From UHGV virus genome UHGV-1361067: a DNA stretch of 46,806 nucleotides, one strand, 5' to 3'. Of the stretch, positions 9,364 through 17,729 are shown one piece after another (the first letter of the stretch is position 1; each line of letters starts with the position of its first letter). The notes beneath the pieces are model-generated. The model searched no databases. It was not told the origin of the DNA and saw only the letters and a program-made list of their open reading frames with translations. Position numbers and translations under genes: made by a program. This stretch comes from a virus.

Positions 9364-9802
9364 GATTAGCCCCCTCGCGCAGCTGCTTGGCGAAGTCGTC
9401 AGCAGAAAGTGCAACCCCTTTTGCTAAAGCGTCAAAAAACTGGTCATCACCAGGGATTCGAAGTTTTGCCGCGAACTTCTCAACTCCGCGCGCCTCGGCT
9501 TCGGCCATGATGCGATCGGTAGCTGGGGTTTCCGGCGCATGCATAATTGCGACAAGCATTGCATCATGCATGCAATCCGCATCAGAGCATCCAAGCGCCT
9601 CTGCTGTTTTAAACTCCCGGTACATGTTTTTGAATGCATCCGTTTTGCACCATGCGTTGATGTCCTTCAGCGCCACATTCTCCGCAGCCAGCTGCGCACA
9701 CAGCTTTGCAACATTGAGGTATTTTTCCTCTTTGATTGAGAGTTCACCACCGCTCTCAAGATTTTTAATAATTTCCTGAACTTCGTTGATTTCGATATCC
9801 AT
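9356..9802 (-). CDS. Hypothetical protein
   Basis: 148-aa ORF in the leftward early operon. Confidence 0.5.
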   Translation of the reverse strand: MDIEINEVQEIIKNLESGGELSIKEEKYLNVAKLCAQLAAENVALKDINAWCKTDAFKNMYREFKTAEALGCSDADCMHDAMLVAIMHAPETPATDRIMAEAEARGVEKFAAKLRIPGDDQFFDALAKGVALSADDFAKQLREGANHD

Positions 9803-9808
9803 AAATCC

Positions 9809-10087
9809 TCACTTAACTGCCTGCAAGCGCTCAAGCTCACGCATCAGTGCAGATACACGGCGTTGCCGCAAAGTCTCTGCATGCTCTTTTGCCTGCTGCT
9901 CATCAAGCCAGTATTCACCACGTTTAAAGTAAACATCGCCAACCACAGCAACCTGCCCATCAGCAAACAACTGTGCGCTTTCGTACTTCTGAATGCCACG
10001 GGTTAGTGCGTACTTCGTGACCCATATTGTTTCAGCGCTTGCCGCGTTAGCGATAACCAGTAAAACCACTGCCAGTAATTTATTCAT
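9809..10087 (-). CDS. Hypothetical secreted protein (signal peptide)
   Basis: N-terminus MNKLLAVVLLVIANAASA-ET is a typical Sec signal. Confidence 0.55.
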   Translation of the reverse strand: MNKLLAVVLLVIANAASAETIWVTKYALTRGIQKYESAQLFADGQVAVVGDVYFKRGEYWLDEQQAKEHAETLRQRRVSALMRELERLQAVK

Positions 10088-10102
10088 CGTTGCTAAACCG
10101 GT

Positions 10103-10288
10103 TTAGTTTCCACCAGATGACACGATAACCTGCTCAAGCACTCTCTGCTTGCCTTCGCCACTAAAAACTCGACAGACGCGCTTACCGTTGCTGTATGAAT
10201 GCATTGCCTGCGCCATCATAAAGTCTTGCGCTTTCACTGCGCCCATTTCTGGTTCCAGTTGAGTGCGCGTGTAGATTGCTTTGGTCAT
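10103..10288 (-). CDS. Hypothetical protein (first gene of the leftward early operon)
   Basis: 61-aa ORF. A GAGG SD precedes the ATG on the minus strand. Confidence 0.45.
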   Translation of the reverse strand: MTKAIYTRTQLEPEMGAVKAQDFMMAQAMHSYSNGKRVCRVFSGEGKQRVLEQVIVSSGGN

Positions 10289-10319
10289 TCTTCATCACCT
10301 CTTTGTTGTTGGTGTGGTA

Positions 10320-10348
10320 ACTATACGATGGCGCTCAATCTACGTCAA
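10320..10348 (-). promoter_or_regulatory. Leftward promoter TTGACG-N17-TATAGT containing TTGACGTAGATT
   Basis: The minus-strand sequence tattgacgtagattgagcgccatcgtatagt has the same architecture as the rightward promoter at 35399. A second GTGTAGATT copy lies at 10270-10279 on the plus strand. Confidence 0.5.
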
Positions 10349-10388
10349 TATGATGGTGAAAATAAATATAATACTGTACATTCATTCA

Positions 10389-10657
10389 GTGTTCCCACAA
10401 TTCCCAGCCGTTCCCGGACTAGTTCCCCGAATTTATTGTTATATATCAACGAGTTCCCGAGTTCCCAGCTTTTCCCTTAGAAATGAATTTTCCCAAAAAT
10501 CAGAAATTCCATTTTTAATAATAAAAACAACAACATATATTAAAGGTATATATTACTTTTTTACTAGAGGAATTCCCCGGGAACTCGGGAACTCCTCTGC
10601 AAGCCTTGGTGTGAGCGGCCTGCGAGTTCCCAAATGCGCGGGAACTCTTGGGAACTG
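10389..10657. repeat. Iteron array: GAGTTCCC / GGGAACTC direct and inverted repeats flanking an AT-rich element
   Basis: Plus orientation: GTTCCC-type copies at 10391, 10400, 10410, 10421, tandem GAGTTCCC at 10451 and 10459, and GAGTTCCC at 10624. Minus orientation: tandem GGGAACTC at 10579 and 10587, 10640, and GGGAACTG at 10650. A palindromic pair GAGTTCCC-N8-GGGAACTC lies at 10624-10647. An AT-rich stretch at about 10495-10565 lies between the arrays. Confidence 0.7.
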
Positions 10658-10717
10658 GTTAAAAAGTGACCATTGCACATATTGCGTCGATGCTGGGTGT
10701 TTATGTCGATTAAATGG

Positions 10718-10747
10718 TTTGCGTGAGTGCAGATTGTTCAGTACAAT
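10718..10747 (+). promoter_or_regulatory. Putative rightward early promoter TTGCGT-N17-TACAAT
   Basis: Hexamers at 10719-10724 and 10742-10747. It is followed by a strong AAGGAGGAAG SD for the gene at 10774. Confidence 0.4.
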
Positions 10748-10773
10748 TTGCACAACGCAAGAAGGAGGAAGTG

Positions 10774-11052
10774 ATGCACGCAGAAGGCTCAAAGATGAAG
10801 TTCGTTTATGACCACCTTGCCACCATGAATAGCGGGGAGGTGATATCCGTCCATTTCGAAAATGATTTATCAGATTCAGTGGTCAGGGGTTACAAAGAGG
10901 AGTGCGGCGTATCTGATATCCCGCCAGAGTACAGAATGAACAGAAACATGTTCCGATCTTATGCTGCAAAGATTGCCATTGCGCATAACATGAACATCAA
11001 GACCAAAAACGGCCCGATGGGTAAATTCCTGTACATCTGGAAGGTTTGCTGA
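10774..11052 (+). CDS. Hypothetical protein
   Basis: Starts at the ATG at 10774 (MHAEGSKMKF…) after an AAGGAGGAAG SD. Its stop overlaps the next start (TGATG). Confidence 0.55.
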   Translation: MHAEGSKMKFVYDHLATMNSGEVISVHFENDLSDSVVRGYKEECGVSDIPPEYRMNRNMFRSYAAKIAIAHNMNIKTKNGPMGKFLYIWKVC

Positions 11053-12701
11053 TGAATACATACGAAATTATCGCCATGAAAAAATCCGTCTGGAAATCGG
11101 ATTCATCAACAGACCCGCTCGATGAGGCTGACATTCCTGAGTTCAGGGAGAAATACAAGATTCCACCAGGATCACTTGGTGAGTTCATCCAGGAGATAGA
11201 AAAAAACTTCGAGCGCCGTGATGATGGCGAAAAGTATCGACTTGTTGGCGCGCTTGGTCTTGCTCAGATAATGGCGGGCAGATTTATTATCGGCCCCACA
11301 GGAAGTAAGTGCTCAACTGGCATTTTCCTCGTGGCGAGGTCTGGAGCAGGGAAGCAGGCTCCGGTAAATTTCATAAAGCAATATGCCGAAGCTCTCATGA
11401 TAAGTGACCGTCTTTGCACTACTACTGCGACATCACTAAAGCAAATACAGACCAGCATGATTGAAGGTGATGGCTCCCTGCTTTACGTGGTAAACGATGA
11501 CAAGCAGCACATTGACTCATGGAACGACCCGCGCAGCGCATATCTTGGAGGAACAGCTCCGTGGTATCGCGGATTATCTGATGAGGGTGGATGGGTGCCG
11601 ACAAGGACAATAATCAGGGATATTGAGGAGAATATGGCTAAAGCCATGAACCCCAAGACGATAGTTAGTGTTGCTATGGCGGAAGGCTGGATTGTTCCGC
11701 GTATTGGCGGTGCGCAGGATGGGATGATTGACTATAAAAGATTGGCGCAGATGGATCACAGTGTTGGCAGAAACCTGAAAAAAGTTATGGCTGAGCATGA
11801 ATTATGCACGCGCGATGGAGGCATTGAGAACGCGAGATTTATTCCACTCATCACTGTAACTCCGGTTCAGGGTATTGATGCAGTCAGGTCATGGCAGAAG
11901 GATGGCGGCATGGGCAGGACGTTGTTCATTCTTGGTCATGGCGATGATGAGGAAATGCCATTGCTCAAAAGAGAGCAGCCGACAGGTGAGGTAAACAGGA
12001 GGATAGTAAATGAATGGAAGCAAAGAATCCTGCGCTCAATAACCCGAGTTGAATTTGAAAGCGAAAAGGTAAACGACAGGCGTTATGAGCTTACGTGCCA
12101 CCTTGAGAAGTGTCTTGGAAATGTGGATGGTGTAATTGGAGATGTTGTCCCACGTGCCGGGCAGATGATTGTGGACCTTGCCTCGATATGCGCATTTGCA
12201 GACCTTTCGAGTCGCAATGGAATGACGCCAGTTTTGTGCGACCGGCATCTTGAATGGGCTTATATGACAGTGATAAACCACCTGCGCTCACTTCGTGATT
12301 ATATAGAAGGTGACGTTGCATTTAGTGGCCTTGAAGAGGATGAGTGGGAAAACATCATAGCCAAAATGAGAAAGGTGATGGCAGGTAAGAAATTCATTAA
12401 TAAGCCTTACACGTCTGTACTGAAAAGCGGGTTGTGCCGTGGACGAATTGAGACGATCATTAAGGCAGCAAATTCAAATCATCTACAGGTGACGCCTGAC
12501 AGGTTCATTTCTGAGGTTCTGGTTTCCATTACAGAGAACCGACACTCACCTATCGACATTGAGGCTTCTGCTGTTAACGGTGGGTCAAAAATCGTCTTCA
12601 GGGATGAGGGGTCATGGTCTGGGCTGCGAATGAATGCCTCGGTGAGAAACATACTTTCAGCCGCCGTTAACAGGATGAAATTTATGAGAGGTCTGAAATG
12701 A
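11052..12701 (+). CDS. Putative replication-associated NTPase (degenerate P-loop)
   Basis: About 549 aa from the ATG at 11052. Contains P-loop-like IGPTGSKCSTGIFLVARSGAGKQ. It lies adjacent to the iteron region and could be an initiator, helicase loader or primase-associated ATPase. The function is inferred. Confidence 0.4.
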   Translation: MNTYEIIAMKKSVWKSDSSTDPLDEADIPEFREKYKIPPGSLGEFIQEIEKNFERRDDGEKYRLVGALGLAQIMAGRFIIGPTGSKCSTGIFLVARSGAGKQAPVNFIKQYAEALMISDRLCTTTATSLKQIQTSMIEGDGSLLYVVNDDKQHIDSWNDPRSAYLGGTAPWYRGLSDEGGWVPTRTIIRDIEENMAKAMNPKTIVSVAMAEGWIVPRIGGAQDGMIDYKRLAQMDHSVGRNLKKVMAEHELCTRDGGIENARFIPLITVTPVQGIDAVRSWQKDGGMGRTLFILGHGDDEEMPLLKREQPTGEVNRRIVNEWKQRILRSITRVEFESEKVNDRRYELTCHLEKCLGNVDGVIGDVVPRAGQMIVDLASICAFADLSSRNGMTPVLCDRHLEWAYMTVINHLRSLRDYIEGDVAFSGLEEDEWENIIAKMRKVMAGKKFINKPYTSVLKSGLCRGRIETIIKAANSNHLQVTPDRFISEVLVSITENRHSPIDIEASAVNGGSKIVFRDEGSWSGLRMNASVRNILSAAVNRMKFMRGLK

Positions 12702-12751
12702 ATTTTAACACTCGCATCACTTCCACCGCCAAAAAATGCAATCTTGAGTAA

Positions 12752-12782
12752 CAAAAACCCTCCATCAGGAGGGTTTATTTTT
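12752..12782. terminator. Bidirectional terminator AACCCTCC-atca-GGAGGGTT flanked by A/T runs
   Basis: Hairpin between the convergent 11052-12701 (+) and primase (-) genes. It overlaps the primase stop. Confidence 0.55.
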
Positions 12783-13658
12783 TAGTGCTTCAAATAGCTC
12801 TTCTGGTTTATGCAGCCTTTTTCTGATGGCGCCGCTGTAACGAATATCCTGCCCGTCATCAGTAATGAGTATCGGCAGACCTGCATTCTCGGCAGCGCAT
12901 ACCTCATCGAAATTATTATTAATGATGCAACGCAGTTTAGTGCGCTGCTCATAGTTAACATTGCGCACAACTTCCCACATGTTTTCCGGCGACCAGCAAC
13001 ACCAGACATGTGCGCCGGTAAGCCTGTGTGCTCGCCAGGCATCGAAGTAATCCGCAACCAGGTATGTCCACTCTGTTTTTTCACCAATCGGTGTCACTGC
13101 GCCTCGCGTAAGTCTTCCGCGAGTGTACTCATGGCTAAAACCTGCGCGAAATGACACGCTTTCATAGTCTGCCAGAAAAGCTACATTGCATGGCGTCATG
13201 GTTCCAGCCATATAGAGCGGTATCGCCACCAGTTCACCAGTTTTACCTGTTATGGTGTCATTGCCTGCTTTTTTCATGATCGCCTCTACTTCTTCTGGAG
13301 TAAGGCAGTCCGATGCACCATTGACTTTTGGCAACTGCTTTCTAATCGCCTCAAGTTTTTCGCGTGGATGCATGTTCAGGAATCCTCCTAGCGCCTCAAG
13401 TGCTTCTGGGAAGCTCATGCCAGAGAGTTTCATCAGCCAGTTCATGCCGCTGCCGGAACCGCACTGATTGCAGATTGCGCCGCCATCGCCTTTCGTTTCG
13501 AAGTTGTCATCAAAGCGATACCTGTCTTTGCCAAGGCATGATGGGCATGGCTGGTGCTTTCCGTTGAAAACTCTGCTATCCACATTGACGATAGACATGA
13601 TGGCAGCCTGCCAATTTCCAAGCATTTTTGGCTCAATGTCTTTCCAGTCGTATCTCAT
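12765..13658 (-). CDS. DNA primase (Zn-ribbon + TOPRIM type)
   Basis: Primase Zn-ribbon motif HQPCPSCLGKDRYRF…CNQCGSG near the N-terminus. The TOPRIM-like C-terminal half includes ILITDDGQD. Likely start is MRYDWKD at 13658, with an AGGAAG SD. Confidence 0.7.
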   Translation of the reverse strand: MRYDWKDIEPKMLGNWQAAIMSIVNVDSRVFNGKHQPCPSCLGKDRYRFDDNFETKGDGGAICNQCGSGSGMNWLMKLSGMSFPEALEALGGFLNMHPREKLEAIRKQLPKVNGASDCLTPEEVEAIMKKAGNDTITGKTGELVAIPLYMAGTMTPCNVAFLADYESVSFRAGFSHEYTRGRLTRGAVTPIGEKTEWTYLVADYFDAWRAHRLTGAHVWCCWSPENMWEVVRNVNYEQRTKLRCIINNNFDEVCAAENAGLPILITDDGQDIRYSGAIRKRLHKPEELFEALKNKPS

Positions 13659-13670
13659 AAAATCTTCCTG

Positions 13671-13699
13671 TTGACGATGATGTAGATTCATTGTAATTT
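13671..13699 (+). promoter_or_regulatory. Rightward promoter TTGACG-N17-TAATTT with TGATGTAGATT in the spacer
   Basis: First element of the duplicated module; compare 17664-17692. Confidence 0.5.
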
Positions 13700-13730
13700 A
13701 CTCGTATGAAACAATCAATCGTTACTTGCA

Positions 13731-14807
13731 ATGAAACAATTAATCGTTACAATAGAGGATAAGAAATGGCTATCACCGTCAAGAAGTGCGAGGTTTGCGG
13801 AAATGAGTTTATCGGAACTGCAAAAGCAAAATGTTGCTCAGGAAAGTGCAGGGTTAAAAAATGCAGGAACCAAAAGAAAGTCACACATTTCACAGGAGAG
13901 GCTAAGGGAGGTTCTTGATTACAACCCAGATACTGGGATATTCACACGTAAGATAAAGACAGGTTCTCGTGTTAAAGTCGGAGATATTGCTGGCTGTCTT
14001 GATGTTAGTGGTTATCTGAGAATTAGCATAGATGGCAATCAATATTGGGCGCAAAGACTCGCATGGATTTATGTTAATGGAGATAATATTGGGAATGCGA
14101 AAATTGAGCACATAAACAAAAATCGCGCTGACAACAGGATATGCAACCTCAGGCTTTCAACTGAAGTTTTAAATGAGAAAATGTGCTCAAAATGCAGGTC
14201 CGTTCTTCCAGCTACAAGCGAATACTTTTATGCAGATAAAAGTATGAAACTTGGCTTTAGTTCCATATGCAAGAAGTGCTCTGGTAATAAAGGGAAGAGA
14301 GCAAGATACCTTGGTAATGGATTGAAGATTTGCTCTAAGTGTAAATCTGTTCTTGAGGCGAACGAAGAAAACTTTAATAAAAATAAATCATCTCTTGATG
14401 GACTACGTCCTGATTGCAAAAAATGTCAGGCTGAGTTCAGGAAAAATATTTATAAATTAAAAAAGGCAGAGATAAATGAAAAATCAAAACGTTATTACGA
14501 TAAAAACAAGGAAAAGCATAACGAGAAGTCAAAGCAGTGGAGACAGAAAAACAAGGGTGTTGTTAGATATCATCAGCGTAAATATAAGTATCTTAAAAGA
14601 CGGGCGATACCATCATGGTTTGAACATGAAAGGGTTTTAATTGAAAAGGTTTATGAGATGGCTGGCGTTCTTGGTATGCAGGTTGATCACATAGTGCCAA
14701 TAAATAGCAAATTGGTTTGTGGCCTTCACTGCTGGCATAACTTGCAATTACTTGCACCAAGTGAGAACAGATCTAAAAGCAACTCTTATTGGCCTGACAT
14801 GCCATAG
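13731..14807 (+). CDS. Double-HNH endonuclease (N-terminal HNH_3, two Zn-ribbon repeats, C-terminal canonical HNH)
   Basis: IEHINKNRADNRICNLRL (HNH_3), CSKCRS…CKKC twice, and C-terminal VDHIVPINSKLVCGLHCWHNLQLLAPSENRSK. The conserved body starts at about 13900. The N-terminal about 55 codons overlap the Zn-ribbon ORF in another frame, so the real start is uncertain. Confidence 0.6.
   Translation: MKQLIVTIEDKKWLSPSRSARFAEMSLSELQKQNVAQESAGLKNAGTKRKSHISQERLREVLDYNPDTGIFTRKIKTGSRVKVGDIAGCLDVSGYLRISIDGNQYWAQRLAWIYVNGDNIGNAKIEHINKNRADNRICNLRLSTEVLNEKMCSKCRSVLPATSEYFYADKSMKLGFSSICKKCSGNKGKRARYLGNGLKICSKCKSVLEANEENFNKNKSSLDGLRPDCKKCQAEFRKNIYKLKKAEINEKSKRYYDKNKEKHNEKSKQWRQKNKGVVRYHQRKYKYLKRRAIPSWFEHERVLIEKVYEMAGVLGMQVDHIVPINSKLVCGLHCWHNLQLLAPSENRSKSNSYWPDMP
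13766..13918 (+). CDS. Small zinc-ribbon protein (50 aa, CxxC…CxxxC)
   Basis: MAITVKKCEVCGNEFIGTAKAKCCSGKCR…. Has a good SD (AGAGGATAAG). Differences from the paralog at 17753 are mostly synonymous in this frame. Confidence 0.55.
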   Translation: MAITVKKCEVCGNEFIGTAKAKCCSGKCRVKKCRNQKKVTHFTGEAKGGS

Positions 14808-14815
14808 GTGATGAA

Positions 14816-16741
14816 ATGCACAAAATAGACAAAATGATTTCAGAGATTGATATAGATAGATTAAAGCAATCAATAAAAATAGGTTCCATAGAGCCGTATG
14901 ATTACCAATGGCTTGTTTACGCAAAGTGCGCTGAGGTTATTCGTAATTTTGGCAAGAAACCTGAACCAAGCTATGTTACAGCGTCTGTTTCATCAGGGAA
15001 GACCGTGATGATTTCAATGCTTTGCAGTAGATTTCAGGATATGGGGTGGGATGGCCTTGTAATCTCAAGGCAGGGCGAGATAGCTGAGCAGAATGCTGAA
15101 ATGATGTGGGAGTGTGGTGTAAAAAACTCTCTTTATAGCGCATCTCTTGGCAGGAAAAGTACAGCATACCCTATTATATGCGGTACTGAAGGATCAATCG
15201 CGAACGCACTTTTTGATAAAAAAGATGAATCAAATGGTGACGTCAAGAAAGGGGGATTGAGTAATTTTACCCCAAGATTTTGCCTGATCGATGAGTCCCA
15301 CCAAGCTCCATGGCAGGATATTATTAGTGATAATCCAACAACACAATATGGCGTAATACTTACTGAACTTAACAGGCGCTGCAAGGCAAGATATGGTCAT
15401 GAAATGATAACAATTGGATTCACCGGTAGCCCATTCCGTGGTACTGAATCAATGAAAGGTGCGTACTGGAAAAATGAAATAATAAACATTGATACAAAGT
15501 ACATGGTAGATCGCGGTTTTGTTGTGCCAACAATCTTTGGTCTTCATGATGTTGATGATTTGAAATATGACTTGCATAACTTCCATGGTTCAGATGTTGA
15601 CGGCACACAGGACTTCACTTCCGAGCAGCTCAAGCAGATGCAGAAAGAAATACTTGAGCAAGGAACACTAACGCAGAAAATCATGCTCAAGGTTATGGAG
15701 TTGACTAAAAACAGGAACGGAGTGCTGATCACATGCGCTGGTAAAAAACACTGTCAGGAAGCGGCTAAATATTTACCCGAAGGAAGTTATGCTATCGTCA
15801 CCGAGGATATGGGGCAGAAAGCCAGACGCAAGGCGTTAAAAGACGCATACACTGGCAAGATTAAATATGTTTTCCAGATTGGTTGTTTGACGACTGGCGT
15901 CAACATCCCGCTTTGGGATACAAGCGTCATATTGCGAAAAATAATGTCACTCACTCTTCTTGTGCAGCTTCTTGGTCGCGGAATGCGCCTGCTGAAGAAA
16001 GAACAAATTGATGCCGGGTATCATAAAGAAGACCATCTGGTTCTTGATTTCTCAGGCACGATGTTTGAGCTTGGTCAGCTATATGAAGACCCAATCCTTG
16101 AAGAGGCTGAAGCGCAACGTTCAAAACGCAGTGGTGAACAAGTTCCGTGCCCGAAATGCGGGGCAATGAATAGCCCATATGCGCGTCGCTGCATCGGCAA
16201 AGATGCATTGTCGCCAGATGGTCGTTGCGAGGAGTTTTTCAGTTACATTCGTTGCGGTTTCGACAAGCATGGCATCCGTATTTTTGATGATGGATGCGGC
16301 ACTAAAAACGACCCCACTGCGCGTTATTGCCGACATTGCGATCATGTTTTGCGCGACCCGAATGCGGCACTTAATGAGCGTGCGTATACCGATAATGAGT
16401 GGACTGATGTTAAAGACTTCAAGATTGAATTAACGAAAGATGAAAAGGGTGTCGTTTATCGTTATTTCATCACGAAAGAGAATGGCAAAGATGGGTGGGC
16501 TAATGAGGTCTTTTATCCTTTTGGGAGACAAGAGAAGTATCTGAAAAATCAGTTCAAGATTAAAGGTTTATTGAATCACGTATCAGACAGGAATCTAATT
16601 GATAACCTTATGAATTGCCACAGTGCAAAAGCATTCATGGCATTTACTGGACTTATTCGCGCACCTAAACGCATCACGCATCGATTTAACGATAAAGGCC
16701 GCGATATCATCCACAGAAAAGAATTCGGACAAAAAAAATGA
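14816..16741 (+). CDS. SF2 DNA helicase (DEAH-type) with C-terminal zinc fingers
   Basis: Motif I ASVSSGKT, motif II LIDESHQ, motif VI QLLGRGMR. C-terminal CPKCG…RRC and CRHCDH. Confidence 0.75.
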   Translation: MHKIDKMISEIDIDRLKQSIKIGSIEPYDYQWLVYAKCAEVIRNFGKKPEPSYVTASVSSGKTVMISMLCSRFQDMGWDGLVISRQGEIAEQNAEMMWECGVKNSLYSASLGRKSTAYPIICGTEGSIANALFDKKDESNGDVKKGGLSNFTPRFCLIDESHQAPWQDIISDNPTTQYGVILTELNRRCKARYGHEMITIGFTGSPFRGTESMKGAYWKNEIINIDTKYMVDRGFVVPTIFGLHDVDDLKYDLHNFHGSDVDGTQDFTSEQLKQMQKEILEQGTLTQKIMLKVMELTKNRNGVLITCAGKKHCQEAAKYLPEGSYAIVTEDMGQKARRKALKDAYTGKIKYVFQIGCLTTGVNIPLWDTSVILRKIMSLTLLVQLLGRGMRLLKKEQIDAGYHKEDHLVLDFSGTMFELGQLYEDPILEEAEAQRSKRSGEQVPCPKCGAMNSPYARRCIGKDALSPDGRCEEFFSYIRCGFDKHGIRIFDDGCGTKNDPTARYCRHCDHVLRDPNAALNERAYTDNEWTDVKDFKIELTKDEKGVVYRYFITKENGKDGWANEVFYPFGRQEKYLKNQFKIKGLLNHVSDRNLIDNLMNCHSAKAFMAFTGLIRAPKRITHRFNDKGRDIIHRKEFGQKK

Positions 16742-17262
16742 ACTGGCATGATTATTTTTACTATGAAAATGGCCTTCTTATATGGAAGGAAAGAGATGTT
16801 TCAACTTTTAAAACGAAGAGGTCAGCAGCCACTTGGAATACCAGGTTTGCACATAAAACGGCAGGTAACAAGTGCCCAAGGTTTGGTTATGTAATGGTCA
16901 GAATTGGCAGGGGTCTTTATCGTGCACATAGAATCATATGGGAAATGCATAACGGTCAAATACAAGGAGATATGCAGATTGATCATATCAACCATGTTCG
17001 TGATGACAATCGAATAGAAAATCTCAGGCTAGTTAATAATCTTGGGAATGGCATGAATCAAAGTATCGCAGCCAATAACACCTCTGGAGTTACTGGTGTG
17101 ACATGGAACTCAGACAGGAAGAAATGGATGGCTCAAATAAAAGTAAAGGGTAAAAACATTTATCTTGGGCTATTTGTTGATTTTAATAATGCAGCAAAAG
17201 CAAGAGCGGAAGCCGAGGTTAAGCACGGATTCCATCAAAACCACGGTAGGAGAACAAATTGA
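16738..17262 (+). CDS. HNH homing endonuclease with AP2 domain
   Basis: HRIIWEMHNGQIQGDMQIDHINHVRDDNRIENLRL plus SGVTGVTWNSDRKKWMAQIKV. ATGA overlap with the helicase stop. Confidence 0.75.
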   Translation: MNWHDYFYYENGLLIWKERDVSTFKTKRSAATWNTRFAHKTAGNKCPRFGYVMVRIGRGLYRAHRIIWEMHNGQIQGDMQIDHINHVRDDNRIENLRLVNNLGNGMNQSIAANNTSGVTGVTWNSDRKKWMAQIKVKGKNIYLGLFVDFNNAAKARAEAEVKHGFHQNHGRRTN

Positions 17263-17684
17263 AGCAGCTTGATAGTGGAATATGGGTATTTGATAGCGGT
17301 TATCGCGGAGAATGCCCAAAGGAGGAGACTGACCAGATGGGTTACGGCACATGGATGCAACACCGCTTCCCTGATGTTCTGTGGTTTCATGTACCAAACG
17401 AAACTGGCACATCAAGCATGGTGCAGTTTGTGCTGAAGCGCCAGAAGATGGGGGTTAAGGCTGGGATAGGCGATAACGTGATAATGACGCCAGGGGTAAA
17501 TCACAGTTGCGGGATGATTGAAGCAAAGCGCCGCGATAAAAGCAAAAGCAGGGTTAGCAAAGAGCAATCCGCTGTGTTAACTGAGATGTGCAGGCTTGGT
17601 CATTATGCCGCCATCGCTTACGGTCTTGATGAACTAAAAAAAGCCACACTTTTCTATTTTGGCTTGCTGAATGATGTAGATTGA
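17259..17684 (+). CDS. VRR-NUC domain nuclease
   Basis: GVKAGIGDNVIM…GMIEAKRRDKSKSRVSKEQ matches the VRR-NUC (PD-(D/E)xK) signature. TTG start with an AGGAG SD. An alternative ATG lies at 17337. Confidence 0.6.
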   Translation: MKQLDSGIWVFDSGYRGECPKEETDQMGYGTWMQHRFPDVLWFHVPNETGTSSMVQFVLKRQKMGVKAGIGDNVIMTPGVNHSCGMIEAKRRDKSKSRVSKEQSAVLTEMCRLGHYAAIAYGLDELKKATLFYFGLLNDVD

Positions 17685-17692
17685 TGTATTGT
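17664..17692 (+). promoter_or_regulatory. Rightward promoter TTGCTG-N17-TATTGT with ATGATGTAGATTGATG in the spacer
   Basis: Homologous to the promoter at 13671. Confidence 0.45.
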
Positions 17693-17729
17693 TAGTAACA
17701 AATAAAAGTTACTTGCAATGTAACGGTAA

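Noticed and set aside
10499-10565. Extremely AT-rich stretch as a protein-coding or sRNA gene
   Set aside because: No ORF and no promoter/terminator pair. It is better explained as a DNA unwinding element between the iteron arrays.
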